A DNA stretch of 64,000 nucleotides. Source: Eledone cirrhosa (lineage: Eukaryota). Positions 39,115 through 53,129 of this stretch are shown here, one piece after another (within the stretch, counting starts at the first letter, position 1; every line of letters starts with the position of its first letter). The stretch is taken from NCBI GenBank assembly GCA_964016885.1, contig OZ024743.1, positions 230,764,001 to 230,828,000 on the forward strand. The letters are read 5' to 3'. Below the pieces are notes generated by a model. The model was not told where the DNA came from, searched no databases, and saw only the letters and a list, made by a program, of their open reading frames with translations. A program made the position numbers and the translations under genes.

Positions 39115-39971
39115 TGGGGATTATTTTCTTTGTTTTTGTGCCTCTCCTTTGTTCTGTCCTACGCCATCTTGTTTGTGTGTGTTGTGTGCTTAGTTTGCGC
39201 ATGTGTTACATCCGGGTGTCTGTGTGTGTGTTTATATCTGTTTATTTATTTGTTTATTTACATGTTACTGGCTGGTTGTTTCTTCTATGTGTGTGTATGT
39301 TTTCATTTTGTCATTAATTGTAAGGTGTGATGTTGCTATTCCATTCATGCTTTTATTTAATTTTGGTTGTAATTCATTTATATTTATTGTATAGATAAGA
39401 AATATATAATCTGTAAATTAAGCCCCCCATATTAACTATAAAACTAGAAATGTAGTATATAGCATAATTTGTACTGAAGGACAATGTAGAGATAAGAATA
39501 TATTGTACATAGGTGAGACAGCTCGTAGTATAGGAGAACAGATAAATGAACACTGGCGAGAGCTTCAAGATAGTAAAGAATCATCTGTACTCTACTAACA
39601 TGCTAAAATAGGACATAAGGGTAAATTAGAGAACATAGGAATAAAAATAGAATCTACACACAGAAAAGACGCAATGTTTAGACAAATCACAGAGGCAATA
39701 AACATAAATGAACTCCAACCAAAATTAAATAGAAAGCATGAATGGAATAGCAACATCGCAACTTACAATTAAGGACAAAATGAAAACACACACACACATA
39801 GAACAAACAACCAAGCAGTAACATGTAAATAAACAAATAAATAAACAAATATAAACACACACAGACACCCGGATGTAACACATGCGCAAACTAAGCACAT
39901 AACACACACACAAACAAGATGCCGTAGGACAGAACAAAGGAGAGGCACAAAAACAAAGAAAAGAATCCCCA

Positions 39972-40014
39972 GTCACTGAAGAGGTCACATAATGTCTGAT
40001 GAAAGAACTTTGAC
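39972..40014 (+). ncRNA. Type I hammerhead ribozyme (family X)
   Basis: GTCA CTGAAGA GGTCACATAATGTCTGAT GAAAGAACTT TGAC. Confidence 0.72.
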
Positions 40015-40221
40015 AATATATAAACAATCGTCTGGTTGTGGAACAAACCAACCTAAGGGAAATTTAGAAATTCCTAAATTTATAAATTTAATTTATAATT
40101 AATTGAAGTGAAACTCGTTGTGCGTGTGTTTCTTATTGGCAAAATGACCCTCCCAAAGTATAACAATATCGGTTTCAACACACGTTTTCAGATAAATAAT
40201 CTTGCTAAATATATATATATA

Positions 40222-40333
<112 letters not shown>

Positions 40334-40373
40334 CATATATATACAATATATACAAAAATCTCTCTCTCTCTCC

Positions 40374-40413
<40 letters not shown>

Positions 40414-40458
40414 TCAATGATATTAAGTAAATGGAAACTATATTTATCAAACCATATT

Positions 40459-40518
40459 TATTCTATTATATATATTTCAAGGGTACCAACATTTGGTACG
40501 CTCTCATCAGATAATATA
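40459..40518 (-). ncRNA. Hammerhead ribozyme (diverged family A copy)
   Basis: CTGATGA GAG-c-GTACCAA-ATG-TTGGTAC-CCTT GAAATATATA; stem II covaries with 3996-4060. Confidence 0.78.
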
Positions 40519-40614
40519 CAAGGTTTGATTTATAAAAATTGACATAACCAAGAAAAAATACCTTAACGGTTCAAGTTTTTCCTGGATAGTCATATATATA
40601 TATATATATATCAC

Positions 40615-40975
40615 TCAGAAGGTGTATGGGTGCTACACGAAAATGCTGAGGATGGCTCCGTACATTAATCAGTATACACTGAGGATGAAAATCTCAGAGA
40701 TGTATGGGGGCCTTTCAAACGTCAGCTCAAAAGTGATACAGAGGAGATTGAGGTTAGTTGGACATGCTCACCGAAATCCAGAGTTGACTTCACACTCAGT
40801 GCTCCTGTATGGACACACTGGAAGCGGAAGACCAAGGTTAATGTATGTTGATGCCCTAAGGACAGACTCTGTTCTGTTGGAGACGCAGGACATGGCAGTG
40901 ATAATGAGGGACAGAGACCGCTGGAGAGATCTCATCCATGGAACTCGGGAATTTCACCCGCCCTAGATAGATATA
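40615..40975 (+). mobile_element. RTE-clade LINE 3' end
   Basis: GCYTKMLRMA..YGGLSNVSSKVIQRRLRLVGH..GRPRLMYVDAL..MRDRDRWR, followed by a (TAGA)n tail. Confidence 0.8.
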
Positions 40976-40981
40976 TATATA

Positions 40982-41272
40982 AGACAACCTTCGATCGCGG
41001 ATGACCATGAGACTTTGCACCTAGAATGTTTTCCTTCGAGCTAGTTTATGTATTGAAGACGACTAGTCACGCTTCCATACCAATGTCCCTCAACGCCTCC
41101 GATTTGGTCCAAGGGAAAGGTAATGGCTGATATAGCTTAGCACCACCGACGCCACATCTCACTTCTACAACTTGACCTGGAATAACGTGAAATAAAATGC
41201 CTTGCTCAAGGATATAACGCATCACCCGGTAAAATATCAAGTGCAACGCCCTAACATCTAAGCCATGCACAT
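40982..41272 (-). mobile_element. CORE-like SINE
   Basis: Minus strand cttgagcaaggcattttatttcacgttattccag shares its core with 6560-6872. Confidence 0.6.
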
Positions 41273-41274
41273 TC

Positions 41275-41334
<60 letters not shown>

Positions 41335-41338
<4 letters not shown>

Positions 41339-41576
41339 CGTTTCTGAATTTGTTTAGCAATATTCTTTATCTGAAATCGTGTGTTGAAACCGATATTGTT
41401 ATACTTTGGGAGGGTCATGTTGCCAATAAGAAACACACGCACCAGTTGCTTTCACTTCAATTTAATTTATTATATATTTATAAATTTGTAAATTTATAAA
41501 TATATAATAAATTAAATTGAAGTGAAAGCAACTGGTGCGTGTGTTTCTTATTGGCAACATGACCCTTCCAAAGTAT

Positions 41577-41585
<9 letters not shown>
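41335..41585. mobile_element. Family X short head-to-head insertion in (TA)n
   Basis: ~41393-41488 is the reverse complement of ~41489-41583, and the left arm is longer. Confidence 0.85.
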
Positions 41586-41654
<69 letters not shown>

Positions 41655-41660
<6 letters not shown>

Positions 41661-42073
41661 TAAAACATGTCTATAGAATCACCAGATAAAAATATATACC
41701 GTTTCCTCTCCCAATTAGCATAATTAACCATATAAAAAATCAATTATACCAAGCTATAAGAATAAAGGCTCCTATGAAGAAATCTCCGACAAATAACCGA
41801 AAGCAGCACCTTCGCGGCGGTTACGACGGAGTATTTATCAAACATTTCGACAGCATGTATAAATCGACCAGATATACAGTCAACTAAACAGAATTAGGTG
41901 TAAAATAAACTAGAAGAAATGTGTACATATTTAATTACCTCTACCATGTCTATAGACATATTTTATGATATATAGCACTGATTATTTAATTTATTAATTC
42001 TTCATTGAGTCACAACGTGACCCGTTGCAAAACACATATATATCTATGACTTTATATATATATATATGTAAAC

Positions 42074-42133
<60 letters not shown>

Positions 42134-43082
42134 TCATCAAACATGTCTTTAGAATCACAAGATAAAATATATACTATTTCCTCTCGCAATTAGCATAATT
42201 AACTATATAAAAAATCGAATAGACCAGGCTATAAGAATGAGGCTTCTATGAAGTAATCTCCGACAAATAACCGAAACTAGCGCTTAGCGTCGGCCGTACC
42301 GGATTATTTATCGAATATTTCGACAGCGTAATCGCCTAGATATAGTCAACAAAACAGAATTAGCCACAAAGTGAGCGGTCGCAAAACACGTATATGTATA
42401 TGTATGTATATATATATGTAAACTTTTATATGTAATAATCTCCCACTAGGTTGAGATACAAATTTGGCTGTATTGTGCTGTGCTTTCTAGCAAAAATGCC
42501 ACCAGTTGTAAGCAAGTACCACACCCCTTCCAACTTGAACGCGACTACGTCACGATTATTAGCCATTTTGAAATGAATTCTTGGCGCGATCGCTTTGGAA
42601 AATTTAGTGTCTATATATTGAAGCCAGCTTCCTGAAGAATCCGGCGCTCGAGTTTACATAATTATTACATAATTATTGGAAAACTCAAAACACGGACGAA
42701 ACCATGGTAGAGGTATTTAAATGTATTCTATTTTCTCCTAGTTTATTTTAAACCTAATTCTGTTTAGTTGTCTATATCTAGGCGATTACGCTGTCGAAAT
42801 ATTCGATAAATATTCCACTACGGCCGACGCGAAGCGCTAGTTTCGGTTATTTGTCGGAGATTCCTTCATAGAAGCCTCATTATTATAGCCTGGTCTATTC
42901 GAATTTTATATAGTTAATATGCTAATTGGGAGAGGAAATAGTATATATTTTATCTTGTGATTCTATAGACATGTTTTATGATATATAGCTCGGATTGTTT
43001 AATTTATTAATTTTTCATTGAGCCACAAAGTCACCGGTTGCAAAACACGTATATGTATAGTATGTATATATATATATGTCAA

Positions 43083-43090
<8 letters not shown>
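41655..43090. mobile_element. Family G cluster: successive inverted-arm insertions in one (TA)n array
   Basis: Minus arms 41655-41948 and 42130-42362; plus arms 41949-42080, 42362-42430 and ~42435-43090; all share sequence. Confidence 0.8.
42627..42714 (+). ncRNA. Hammerhead ribozyme with an extended stem II (family G)
   Basis: Stem I CTTC/GAGG; CTGAAGA; stem II aTCCG/CGGAc extended by GAGTTT/AAACTC and ATAATTAT/ATAATTAT; GAAA; palindrome ACCATGGT; GUA triplet. Confidence 0.78.
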
Positions 43091-43133
<43 letters not shown>

Positions 43134-44052
43134 GGAAAAAATGAAACGAAATTTCATTTCTCACTCTTAGTACGGCTGTTACTTAAATATAAGTATGTAT
43201 ACGTACATACATATATGTATACAGACGTACAGTAGTATGTATATATATACATGCATGCACACATATATGTACGTATGGATTTACCGAACATTTATTATAA
43301 TGCTCGGTGTGTTTGTAAACAAACATCTCGAATTAAGCCGTACATTGTTTAGCAACCATCGTTGCCCTTTTGTTCAACACTGACAAAGGAACGATGTACT
43401 AGTTTCAAGCTTATTAGCTATCGTTAGCACCGTATACCTTCCCGCCAGATGATTGAACGTCTGAAAGTATATACTTTCCTTATGCATATTAACGGCTGAG
43501 CAGCCTAATTTGCATATCGAGTCAGTTAATCGGCCGGGCGCACCGAAAACGATAAACGGAGAAAATAAAACTTTTAGGTGTCTATGTGGTGGACTAACGA
43601 TTTTTTTAGGTTGTTAGTTATAGCGAGGGGCATGACTAAAGGATAGGCTAAGTTGGGTCGAATATTCTGTTTGCGAAGGAGCTCGCTCTGCGGTGGTGGC
43701 AGTTGATGACCAAGTCATCCATGTCATTGATGGGGGGGGGGGGGGGGGGGGGGGGGGGGCTTGAAAAACCTAAGTGATAGGCCTCGGTAAGACTGAGATC
43801 GCAACAGTTTCCTCTCCCATTAAACGCTTGAGATCTAGCTAAGATATCCCAAGTTAGTGAATGTTCAATATATCTAGCATATTATATGTTTAAAATCAAC
43901 AAACTTCTCGTTTAACGGTCTTTGTTGTTTTTCCTTCATCTATTCATCATTACAATTTTGATTTGACTGTTACATCAATAAATGCAATTAAACTGTAATT
44001 TAGCGACTTCCTAATCATACCTACTTATATGACAGTAAATATGTATACATAC

Positions 44053-44093
<41 letters not shown>

Positions 44094-44171
44094 TATTTAT
44101 TTATATATATATGTATGTATGTTTGTATGTATGTTTGTGTCTGTGTCTGTGTATGTATGTATGGATAGAAA

Positions 44172-44572
44172 CTTAGTCCTGCAGGATGTCCAAAGTCACC
44201 CTCCTCACCAAGAAACCTTGGTGGAGTTGCCAGTTTAGTCGCCAACGACTCCACCATGGGACAGCTTGTACTGGAATACATGTTACCAGTAGCACCATCT
44301 GTTTCCCTGACATAGAACAAAAGGACTAAGAAGAATAGCTTCACGGCACAGGCATTGCTTTATATCTGGAGATCTCTCTGCACTTGTCGTCACATGGTAC
44401 CATGGGCCCAGCACTATGTCAATAATTGTCACAAGTGTAGTGTTTGTACCAGAGTTTTCAAGTCGCTGGCTGGACAAAAAAGTCACACTCGTTCAGCGCA
44501 TCGGTAGGGGTTCACCTACATGGATATAAAGTAGTGGCCGTACTCGAAAACGAATTGGCAAAGCCACCATGT
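44172..44572. mobile_element. RTE/BovB-like pieces: inverted 5'-region fragment joined to a + strand 3' end
   Basis: 44440-44495 encodes CSVCTRVFKSLAGQKSHTR (C-terminal C2H2-like motif). Both pieces recur at 55195-55435 (-) and 55660-55790. Confidence 0.7.
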
Positions 44573-44941
44573 ATAGAAACACCCACGCTCATAGACACTC
44601 ATACGATACATACATACACAGTTTCTGTCTCAATCTGTTATAACACTCGTTTCATTTCATTCTGAATATAATTAATATTTTCATTGATTCTTTTTGTATA
44701 GTTTACATCCTTCATCCCTTTCCCCACAATAACATTCTCTATATATTTCTTACAATCTTATTCAGTTTATTCTCGAATTTCATTCGTTTCTCTTACGTTT
44801 CGTATAAGTGTTATTTCTTGCCATTGATTCCGACAACTTGTTCATGTATCTTTTTGAGAATTCTCTGGCTTACTGTCAAAATTCATTCTTTCTCGCCGTA
44901 TTTTTTCTGCTTTGCTAATCTATTTCTATTAAGTATCTGTC

Positions 44942-45105
<164 letters not shown>

Positions 45106-45315
45106 TATATGTATATATATATATAGAGAGAGAGAGATAGATACATAGATAAATAGGTAGATAGATAGATATGTGTGTGTGTGTGTGAGAGTTTGTGTGT
45201 GTGCGTGTGTGTGTGTGTGTGTGAGAGTTTGTGTGCGTGTGTGTGTGTGTGTGAGTTTGTGTGTGTGCGTGTGTGGGGGTGTGGGGGTGGTGGTGGGGGG
45301 TATGGGTGTGTGTGT

Positions 45316-45389
<74 letters not shown>

Positions 45390-45949
45390 CTGTAGATATA
45401 TAGATATAGATATATTATACACATACATATATTCAATCGTTCCTGTCACTAAATCACTGATTCTTCCCATGTTCCTTTCTCTCATCTTGCAGTCTGTCTA
45501 CTTTACCTAGATACCATGCTGTTCAACTCCCAGTATATATTCTCTCCACTTGCCATCTAACCCTTACATACGATCTGATCCACAATATTTCCATTTTTCC
45601 TTCACTTTCACTTCACATTCATTAAAAAAAAAATGTTTTCCTTTTCTATTCCATTTCTCGTTTAAATTTCTTATTCATTTTTTCCCTTGTACTTTAATTC
45701 ATTCTTCTCTTCTTTCTTTATAGATTTTGCAAACTTTAAAATATTTTTTCTTCTTGATGCATGGCTATTTTCAATCTATTCACTGCCCACCCCACCAGCC
45801 ACCATCGTATTCAACGTCTTCGAATCCTACATCGCACTCAGCGACTTTATTAACATTTCTTTGTCTTTTACGTATTTTTATTGTTCTTGATACTTCTCTT
45901 TCGGATACATTTTCTTATTCTTAATCTCCTCTCCCGCCTGCTGCTTCTC

Positions 45950-46028
45950 CTCCTTCTCCACCTCCTCTTTTTCTTCTTCTTCTTCTTCTTCTTCTTCTTC
46001 TTCTTCTTCTTCTTCTTCTTCTTCTTCG

Positions 46029-46078
<50 letters not shown>

Positions 46079-46135
46079 ATACTACTACTACTACTACCAC
46101 CACCACCACAAACACCACCCCCACCACCATCAACT

Positions 46136-46220
<85 letters not shown>

Positions 46221-46240
46221 AATCACCACCACCTCCTCCA

Positions 46241-46313
<73 letters not shown>

Positions 46314-46335
46314 GTTGTTGTTGCTGCTGCTGCTG
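45950..46335. repeat. Compound trinucleotide microsatellite (TTC)n(CTA)n(CCA)n(ATA)n(CTA)n(TGC)n
   Basis: Directly visible. Confidence 0.97.
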
Positions 46336-46848
46336 CTCCAAACAATAATACCTTTCCCTTTCTCCGTCATCCCCTCCACCATTTATATCACCTATTCCTT
46401 CGTCCCCATCAGATTTTATCCATATCAATCTGATATTTTCACGCTTTCCCCATTCATCCAATCCACTATGCCCATCACATCAACAAATATTCTCGCAACC
46501 ACACCCTCTCATCCCTATCACCATTTTTCTATTTCTCGCCATGTTTTCAACTCTATATCATTTGCTACCATGTTGTTAAATTGATTCCCAGAAGAAAATG
46601 TTTTGGTAAAGAATCAGAAAGAATGGCAGCCTAAAAATGCAACTGCTGTTAGGAACTTCCCTCAGGGTAAGACAAGTCGAATTGAAGGTGAAATGTCTAC
46701 GAAAGAAGATTCGTTGACAAGAGATCGCTCAGAGTTTTATAATGGGAATGTACGAAAATATATCCATATGTACGTATGTATGCATGAATGAATGAATGCA
46801 CGGACACACAAACACACCGATACACACACATACCCACACACATTTATG

Positions 46849-46934
<86 letters not shown>

Positions 46935-47487
46935 AATTCATGCACATCAAAATCCATTGCGCGAAGTTAGGTTTCGGGTTCTAACAATCTTACCTAAATG
47001 CAATCGATGATGGCCAACTATATCCTCTGGTGAAATCCATGTAAATGGCTAAACTAGATTTGGCCAAATATATCGTGGAATGGAGAGTGGCAACAGAACA
47101 TTTATAATCCGTTAGGGTGTATAAGTTCAAGATTAAAAGGATTTACTCATTGCATATAACCGAGAAAATCCGTAAAAAAGTGCAAGAATGTCCTTGAATA
47201 CGTGGAAAACTAGAAATGAAATAAAATGGAAATTGTGACATGATGTTATAGGTGATGTGTTAATGGTGCGATATGGTATATCTCAAAGTCTCCTTTGAAA
47301 TTGAAGTGTATTTATAAATACACACACACACATACACACACACAAACACACAAACACACACACACGCGCACGCACACGCATACACACACACATAAAAATA
47401 TATATGATGGCTGCCCCCTCGTTATCGAGTATGGCCATTGCAAGAGAAAAAAAAATAATAACAACACTAATAACGACAACAACAACA

Positions 47488-47518
<31 letters not shown>

Positions 47519-47544
47519 TAAACATATCTACACACACACACACA

Positions 47545-50410
47545 CGCACGATAGCAATTAACAGCGCTGCGATCGGATGTGGCTTTTTAGCCTAGCCAAT
47601 GATCTAAAATGTCTTGCACAGATTTGGCAACCAAAACATTCACTGGGAATAGCCGGCCTCTAAACCGTCACGCAGAGAGATTTCCAAAATCTCGACATCA
47701 CTGATGTGGTCCCTCCAGTGAACGCCATGGATCCGTCTGAGATACATCTGATGGAAACGCTCCAATTTGTTAAGGTGGTGGCGATATGTGACCCAGGTCT
47801 CGCAGGCATAGAGAAGAGAAGAGCGCACACATGCCTTGTACATCTTTACCTTTGTCTTCCTGCATATGTCTCGCCGACCCCAGAGTTGCCTTTCCAGCAG
47901 CTTTCCGAAAGCATCACTTGCTTTTCTAATCCTGAGTGGGATTTCATTATCAAGGTTGCTGTATCGATTGACAGTGCTTCCCAAGAATACAAACTGATCA
48001 ACCACTCCAAGTCGTTTACCATACACATAAATATTTGGTTCCCTGTACTGCCTACCGAGGGCAGGTTGGTACATGACGACGGTTTTCATGAGACTGACAG
48101 TCAATCCTAGAGCAGTGCAAGCATCACAAAATGCATTCAAAATGTGCTGCATATCACTCTCTGTAGGCTACAACATCGCAATCATCTGCATACAAGAGGT
48201 CTCTTATGATTGATGTAAATATTTTTGTTTTTGCAGCAAAGCGCCTGATGTTAAATATGCTGCCAGAGGTTCGATATCGGATGTAAACACCATGCTCGCA
48301 ATTCCTGAATGCAATATAGAAAACCATTGCAATGTTTATGGCAAACAGAGTCGGTGCTGGAATATCCACCTGTTTCACTCCATATTTTACTGAGATAGGC
48401 TCCGACATATTACCTCCGACATTAACCCAAGCCTTCATGTCGTCAAGGAAAGACCTAACCAAAGCAAGGAACTTATCAGGGCAACCAAGTTTCTGGAGCA
48501 CCTTCCATATTGCATTTCTGTTAACAGTATCGAAAGCTTTTGTCAGATCGACAAAAACCTGATATAGATCCAAATATTTTTCCATGCACTTCTCCTGGAG
48601 CTGTCTAGCTGAGAAGATCATATCAGTAGTGCCGCATCCAGCACGAAAACTAGATTGAATTTCAGGAAGAACACAATCTGCAATGCGTGTCAGCAGACGG
48701 TCCAGAAGCACCCTACATAAAACCTTCCCTACGACAGAAAGCAATGATATACCTCTGTAGTTGTCACAATCATTCCTGTTACCCTTTCCATTGTACAAGA
48801 CCACCATTACTGCATCTCTCCAGAAACAAAGAGTGAAGATGTTGCAGAAGTCTCTCACCACGATATTGTAGGAGCTCTGCATGTATGCCATCCATACCAG
48901 GAGACCTTCCACTGTTCAGCTCCGAGATAGCTACTGCAACCTCCACATGCGTCGGAGTTTCTGCGAGAGCCACTTTCACAGGACTTTCTGGAATAAGATT
49001 GAGGACATCTTCATTGACGACAGACGGCTGATTCAAAAGTTCATAAAAGTGCTCTCGCCACCTTCCTAGAATTCCTTGTGAGTCACGAAGAAGTTCTTTG
49101 CCATCCTTGCTGCGAACCGGTGTCACCAGAAAAGAAGACGGTCCATAAACCCCACTGAAGAGTCTGTACAACAGCTTTGTGTTATTGTAATCTGACGCAG
49201 TTTGTATCTCATCAGCTTCCTCACTCCACCACTGATTCTTCATCTCAGAAAGTCTCCACCTAACACAATATTTCACATCCTTGAGTTCCCTTTGCAACAT
49301 ATTCTTCTGTCGTTTTAGCGTCAAGTAGCGTGACAGAGCACGCCTCTTATCAGCCAACAAGTCTTCTATATGGTCATCATTTTCCTTAAACCAGTCTTGA
49401 TGTTTTCTCTGCACCAATCCCAGAACACGCCTGCCTACATCATAAACCGACTTTTTAATGGCAGGCCAATCCTCACTAGGATTTGCAACCTGCATATCTT
49501 CTCGCAATGTCCTCTTCACATTTTTATCCCTAAGACGAGCAGCATTCAATCTTCTGTGCAGGGTAACACCAGGAGCCCTGATTTTACTTTTAGTAATTAG
49601 TTTCCCTTTTGTGCGCACCAGGCGGGGTCCGTCCAGCACTCAACTCCACGAAGAGCACGAACACACTGCACATCCCGTCTGTCACGCATCCTGACAAGGA
49701 CTTAGTCTAAAATATGCCATTCCTTAGATGCAGGATGCATCCATGTAGACTTAAATTTGTTCTTTTGTTGGAACATGGTGTTGGTAACACACAGATCCAG
49801 CTCTTCACACATCTGCAACATGAGCATACCATTGTTGTTAACTTCCCCACTCATGCCTTCCGATTACATTCCATGTGTTCAAATCGCTACCCACTCTAGC
49901 ATTAAAGTCACGAAGCACGATGACTTTGTCTGCCTAAGGGATATTTCTTAAAACACCTTTCAAGGCATGGTAAAAGGACACTTTTTCTTCATCGACGTAA
50001 TTCATAGTTGGAGCATGCACACTCACCAGGGCCGCATATCTTCCTTTGTCCAGCGGAATTATCATGGACATAAGACGCTCACTAATCCCTACTGGGAATT
50101 CTTCTAATTTATCCACAAGAACAGTCTTAACAGCAAATGCTACCCCAACCTCTCTTCTTTTCCAGAAAAATGTACATTCTCCTCAAAATCCGTAAGATGA
50201 CCATCTCCAGCTAAACTCGTCTCAGATAAAGCTACAATGTCAAGATCGCAACGTCGAAGCTCCTTTGCAACAAGAGCGTTCCTTTGTTCAGGGCGTTCCA
50301 AGGAACGTCCGTATGTCCCAGCAGCCAAGACTAAATGTCTTGTTTGGCTCTATTACAGTGGCACGATGACGAGCGGGATCAGGCTGTTATAACCTGGGGA
50401 CCCTGCCCCT
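47545..50410 (-). pseudogene. RTE-BovB-like LINE, near full length but frameshifted (APE + RT + C2H2 end)
   Basis: DIVALSET; NYRGISLLSVVGK; QSSFRAG..TTDMIFSARQLQEKC; FVDLTKAFDTV; GVKQ; LLYADD; LLYACETW; CQICARHFRSLARLKSH. Confidence 0.93.
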
Positions 50411-50483
50411 ATTGCCAATTATCTCTGTTTTGGAAGATCATTTAATTGGAAAAAGAAACATAAAAGTAATAATAATAGTAACA

Positions 50484-50672
50484 ATAATTGTTTCTACTTT
50501 AGGCACAAGGCCAGCAATTACCCAGTGCATTACTGGTACTTTATTTTATCGACCTCGTAAGGATGTAAGGCAAAGTCCACCTCGGCGGGATTTGAACTCA
50601 GATCGTAAAGGGACGTAACTATGCTGGAAAGCATGGCGTCCGACCCTCTACCGATACTGCCAATCCACCGCC
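50484..50672 (-). mobile_element. Full-length tRNA-SINE with a ~19 bp TSD
   Basis: taataataatagtaacaata flanks both sides. Confidence 0.9.
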
Positions 50673-50732
50673 TTTAATAATAATAGTAACAATAATAATA
50701 ATAATAATACACTATTAATAATTATTAATTAA

Positions 50733-51785
50733 TGTTTTCTTTATTAACCACAAGGTTTGACACATAGTATAACATTAAGGATAACACATAACAATACAAA
50801 TGAGCATTTCTGCGTGTAAAAAAAGAACAAACACCGGGTGACAAAACGAAACAATGAAAAATTCTCAAAAGGGGGAGACCTCCGACGGTTGCTCGTGGAG
50901 AAAGCCCACAAGAAAAGCCGCGGTTACCCTGACCGCTAGGGCAAATGCCATATTCCCGTTTTCCTCCTAAAATGTTACAGGCACACGCTCAGGGTAGACC
51001 CATTCACATGGGCCATACTTGCCTCTCTCATCCACCTTTCAACAAACTGGCTGGAGGTCAGCACTTACCTCTCCACCCTGATTTTCCTCTTCATGTGAAA
51101 CCTGAAAAAGTTAATGAGGGCGTCAACAAAGAGTAAAGTACCGGTCTTCAACCCTTTCAGACCTGTCCACCATACAATCCATTTTACCATGGCCACCAGG
51201 CAGATCAAAACTGGCTGCCCTTCTCGGCTAAAGGAAGGCGGCGGGGCAATCTTCACGATGAACACAGCTGATAGCCGGATCCGTTCTACACGTGACAGCA
51301 GGTGTTCTGCATATACCCACAAATCAGCAATGCTCGGACACTGGACGAGTGCGTGCAGGACGGTTTCATCGCCCTGTGCGCACCTCGGGCAGGCTCGGCT
51401 GACGGCACTTCCATGCCTGTAGAGTCTATCCCGAACTGGCAAGGCTCCTCGGTATCACTGCCAGGCCAGGGATTTCTGGAAGTTGTCCATGGCCCCCAGC
51501 CCGAAAGTTCTCCAGAAGAGATTGGCTAGTTGGTTGTTCGCGCCGCCTAGAGTCGCCCCAATGACGTCGTTGCTCTTTCTTTCCACTAATCCTCTATAGA
51601 AAGCCAAGGTGGAGTTTCCAGTGATTGTATTGGTCGACTGGTCGAGGGCTGTAACGCCTGAAGTCATTCTACTCTCCAAGCGCTTCCTTCCGGTCTTCGC
51701 TTGGCCCAAGACTGCAGCTCCGCCAAGGAGACACGCTGGGGAAACATATGTCTAACAAAGGACGACCACACCTGATCACCTTGGA
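50733..51785 (-). mobile_element. 5'-truncated Tx1/L1-clade LINE (zf-RVT end, 3' UTR, AATAAA tail)
   Basis: PVRDRLYRHG..CPRCAQGDETVLHALVQC..W. Confidence 0.85.
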
Positions 51786-51839
51786 AATGAATATTAATTA
51801 ATGGAATCGTGCAATGCCTGTACGTGAAGAATATTTTTT

Positions 51840-52085
51840 AGTGAGGAAAGACTCTGCACTGAGCCAATCCCAGTCTCTGAGCGACAGTAGCTATAACCCG
51901 AAAAGAAGAAAAGATCAACATCATCGGTAACTACCGAGCCGCAGGTTTTATGTCGGAGTTAACCTAGTTTCCTGAGTTGCCTTATCCAAGAAGAATGCCC
52001 TGACAAAGGCTAGGGGTCCTTCACTCCCAGTGCTTTAAGTGCGCGATCGGGTGTCAAGCCCGACTATTTCTATGTCCCCGCGCAT
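51840..52085 (-). mobile_element. Probable 5' region of the RTE at 47545-50410
   Basis: agttgccttatccaagaagaatgccctgacaaaggctagggg resembles the RTE 5'-region motif also seen at 55543-55590. Confidence 0.45.
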
Positions 52086-52263
52086 AAAAAAGAAAACAAA
52101 AACTCACTTATTGACACTCATACGTACGGCATACAAACACACAAACACATACATACATACGCGCGCACACACCAACACTCATGCATACAAACGAACACAC
52201 ACACGCTACTCACTTATACACACACACATGCGCGCGCGCGCGCACACACACATACACACACAC

Positions 52264-52319
<56 letters not shown>

Positions 52320-52424
52320 TACCGTCATTACTGATCAAAGATTATGTCAACTGTTGACTTTCGAAAGAGTTCGTATAATTGAATCCGTTCGTGTTACTGT
52401 TCAGTATTATTATAATTGCTTCAC

Positions 52425-52575
52425 AACATAGAGCTATGGCTCTCCACGCTCCGAGCTCAAATCCCGCCGAGATCAACCTTGCCTTTCATTCCCACGGAGT
52501 CAACAAAAGAGACCACCAGTAATGCGCTGGGACAATCGCTGGCTACGTGCCAAAAGCAGAAAAATTATTATTATT
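52425..52575 (+). mobile_element. Diverged tRNA-SINE
   Basis: gagctcaaatcccgccgag..gcctttcattcccacggagtcaac. Confidence 0.7.
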
Positions 52576-53047
52576 AAAGTTGTTGTTTTCTTAAGGCCCG
52601 ATCGCTGGTGATGGTCATGGTGAGGGTGGCGCTGAATGGTAGTGGTGATGGTGGTGGCAGTTGATGTTGTTGCGTTGTGTGTGTGCGTTACTTTTTTTGT
52701 TTTTTTTAATCGTCAGCTGTTGTTGTTGTAAATGTTGTTCATATCATTTCATTCTGAAGCTGTTGTTGCTGTGAAAATTAGTGCCGGTGTTGTTGTTGTA
52801 GGTGTTGGGGTTGAACTCTGGTCTTTGACTGAGTGATGTATATATACACACACACACACACACACTCCTTCTGACTAGCCTCTGTGTCACGTGATTGATT
52901 CTTTAGAATCGGCCATTTGACTAGAAGCAGTGAGGATTTCAGTGCATGGAATTCAGTCCTCGCTACCTGTTCCATCTACCGAATTATTATTATTTTTATA
53001 TGAGCCGCCAGTGTCCGCGCATTGCCTGGAAACTTAGCTGATAATAG

Positions 53048-53129
53048 ACTCCCTGATGACGCAATGAATTCTCGACAGTTAGATTAAGTAACTGTCTTTA
53101 TCCCATTGCAGAAACTAATTAGTTGGAGT
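53048..53129 (+). ncRNA. Type I hammerhead ribozyme with an extended stem II (family C)
   Basis: ACTCC/GGAGT; CTGATGA; GCAATG/CATTGC plus GACAGTTA/TAACTGTC; GAAA; palindrome ACTAATTAGT; GUU triplet. Confidence 0.87.

Larger units (their letters stand above)
38923..40210 (+). mobile_element. Family X: 5'-truncated PLE (GIY-YIG end) with a ~460 bp inverted pLTR
   Basis: 39490-39750 translates to YIGETARSIGEQINEH..RQITEAININELQPKLNRKHEWN. 38923-39385 is inverted relative to 39700-40168. (TA)n on both sides. Confidence 0.88.

Noticed and set aside
45881-46382. 155 aa poly-L/F/Y and poly-S/V/R ORFs
   Set aside because: Translations of a compound trinucleotide microsatellite.
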